Shown here piece after piece: positions 62,123-64,000 of a stretch of 64,000 nucleotides of DNA. Source of the DNA: an uncultured beta proteobacterium (lineage in GTDB: Bacteria > Pseudomonadota > Gammaproteobacteria > Burkholderiales > Usitatibacteraceae). The DNA is taken from assembly GCA_963827425.1 (NCBI GenBank), contig CAWHAQ010000002.1, forward strand, positions 515,106 to 579,105. The letters are read 5' to 3'. The stretch's first letter is position 1; every line of letters starts with the position of its first letter. A program made the position numbers and the translations under genes. Under the pieces are notes generated by a model that saw only the letters and a list, made by a program, of their open reading frames with translations, did not search any database and was not told the origin of the DNA.

Positions 62123-63073
62123 ATGGCCTTCGACAACCTGATGGTGTTCACGGGCAACGCCAACCCCAAGCTCGCGCAGAAGGTGGCGAAGCAATTGAAC
62201 ATCCAGCTCGGCAAGGCCACGGTGTCGAAGTTCAGCGACGGCGAGGTGATGGTCGAGCTGCTCGAGAACGTCCGCGGCAAGGACGTGTTCGTGCTGCAGT
62301 CGACCTGCGCGCCGACCAACGACCACCTGATGGAGATGTGCATCATGGTGGACGCGCTGCGCCGCTCGAGCGCCGCCCGCATCACGGCGGCCATCCCGTA
62401 CTTCGGCTATGCGCGCCAGGATCGCCGGCCGAGGAGCGCGCGGGTGGCGATCTCGGCCAAGGTCGTCGCGAACATGCTGGTGGTGGCGGGCGTGAATCGC
62501 CTCCTCACGATGGACCTGCACGCGGACCAGATCCAGGGGTTCTTCGACATCCCGGTGGACAACGTCTACGCAACGCCGATCCTGCTGGGCGACCTGTGGA
62601 AGCACGGCTACAAGAACCAGGTGGTGGTGTCGCCGGACGTGGGCGGCGTGGTGCGGGCGCGGGCGATCGCCAAGCGGCTGGAGAGCGACCTCGCGATCAT
62701 CGACAAGCGGCGCCCGCGGCCCAACGTCGCGACGGTGATGAACATCATCGGCGACGTGAACGGGCGCACGTGCGTGATCATGGACGACATGGTGGATACC
62801 GCCAACACGCTCTGCGAGGCGGCGCGTGCGTTGAAGGAGCAGGGCGCGGTGCGCGTGGTGGCGTATTGCACGCACCCGGTGCTCTCGGGCCCCGCGGTGG
62901 GCCGCATCGAGGCCTCGGTGATCGACGAGCTGGTGGTGACCGACACCATCCCGCTGAAGCCCGAGGCCGAGGCGTGCAAGAAGATCCGCCAGATCAGCGT
63001 GGCGGAGCTGCTCGCCGAGACGATGCGCAGGATCTGTGAGGAGAGCTCGGTGAGCTCCCTGTTCGTGGAATGA
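62123..63073 (+). CDS. prs: Ribose-phosphate pyrophosphokinase
   Basis: FSDGE, YARQDR, DLHA, SPDVGG, DDMVDT. Confidence 0.97.
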   Translation: MAFDNLMVFTGNANPKLAQKVAKQLNIQLGKATVSKFSDGEVMVELLENVRGKDVFVLQSTCAPTNDHLMEMCIMVDALRRSSAARITAAIPYFGYARQDRRPRSARVAISAKVVANMLVVAGVNRLLTMDLHADQIQGFFDIPVDNVYATPILLGDLWKHGYKNQVVVSPDVGGVVRARAIAKRLESDLAIIDKRRPRPNVATVMNIIGDVNGRTCVIMDDMVDTANTLCEAARALKEQGAVRVVAYCTHPVLSGPAVGRIEASVIDELVVTDTIPLKPEAEACKKIRQISVAELLAETMRRICEESSVSSLFVE

Positions 63074-63181
63074 AGTGCTTTTATTGGAGTCTGGCCTTCC
63101 GGCCATGACAGCGGCGCGAGGGGGCCTTTCCCCTCGACACAGCGGTGTCCTGGTCGCGGGCCATCGCGTAACCGGAGGAAC

Positions 63182-63926
63182 ATGAAGATCGCAATCAAAG
63201 CCGAACCGCGCAAGCTGCAGGGAACGGGTGCGAGCCGCCGCCTGCGCCGCACGACAAGGTGCCCGGCATCCTCTACGGCGGGGGCAAGGACGCCACGCCC
63301 ATCGAGCTCGACCACAAGGACCTCTGCTTCAAGCTGAAGCAGGAGGCCTTCCACGCGTCGATCCTGGACATGGAGGTGGGCGCCGAGAAGTCGCAGGTGC
63401 TGCTGCGCGACTACCAGATGCATCCGTTCCAGCAGCGCGTGCTGCACGTCGATTTCCAGCGCGTGGCCGCGGACAAGAAGATCCACATGAAGGTGCCGCT
63501 GCACTTCATCAACGCGGAAGTCTCGCCGGGCGTGAAGGTCGCGGGCGGCCTCGTGCAGCACGTGATGAACGAGCTCGAGGTCGCGCTGCCTGCCGAAGGA
63601 CCTGCCGGAATTCATCACGGTGGACCTCGCGAACCTGCAGGCCGGCCACTCGCTGCACCTCTCGTCGCTGCAGCTTCCCGCGGGCGTCGAGGCCATCGTG
63701 CCGAAGGGCGAGGATCCCGACGGTCGCCACGGTCGTGATCCCGAGCGTGATGACGGCGGACGAGGAAGCGGCGGAAGCGGCGGCCACGGCCACGGTGTCG
63801 GCGGCGGACGTGCCGACCACGGCGCAGAAGGCGAAGGAGGAGGAGGGGGCTCCCGCGGCGGCTGGCGGCAAGGAAGCCAAGCCCGCGGGCGGAAAGGAAG
63901 AGAAGAAGGAAAAAGACAAGAAGTAA
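63182..63926 (+). CDS. rplY: 50S ribosomal protein L25/Ctc (indels)
   Basis: GASRRLR, PGILYGG, HVDFQRV, KVPLHF, CLP-like segment. Confidence 0.93.
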
Positions 63927-63946
63927 TTTCGGCGCATCCGGCAAGA

Positions 63947-63980
63947 GGCGCCCGCCGGCCCCCCGGCGGGCGTTTTGTTT
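63947..63980 (+). terminator. Rho-independent terminator after rplY
   Basis: GCGCCCGCCGG-loop-CCGGCGGGCGT followed by TTTGTTT. Confidence 0.85.
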
Positions 63981-64000
63981 CGGAAGCGGAATCCGTTGGA

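Overview
GC-rich bacterial chromosome segment; gene order suggests a betaproteobacterium (inference). (1) 1-8.25 kb: integron gene-cassette array with 14 complete attC sites (96-126 bp, one family) plus a truncated one. Cargo includes two toxin-antitoxin pairs, immunity-like, nuclease-like, HIRAN, GNAT and secreted proteins. No integrase lies in the window. Each cassette is bounded by its own 11-15 bp (mostly 13 bp) inverted repeat, and three cassettes carry a -10 box at a fixed distance from the attC R' core. (2) 8.25-22.7 kb: about 30 mostly short, co-oriented cassette-like genes without intact attC but with attC relics and deletion scars, apparently a decayed array tail. (3) 23.5-33.4 kb: Mo/W hub with modABC, tupABC, a type II ABC pair, three regulators, a ModE box and a YqeB-like gene. 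(4) 33.4-64 kb: core genes grxD-prmC-prfA-hemA, pilBCD-coaE-zapD-yacG, cytochrome c oxidase operon, rpoH with CIRCE, ftsXEY, rsmD-coaD-fdx, dynamin-like GTPase, mutM, TPR-lolB-ispE-tRNA-Gln-prs-rplY. Many single-base frameshifts fall in essential genes and are most likely sequencing errors. All family calls come from motif recognition by eye, not database searches.
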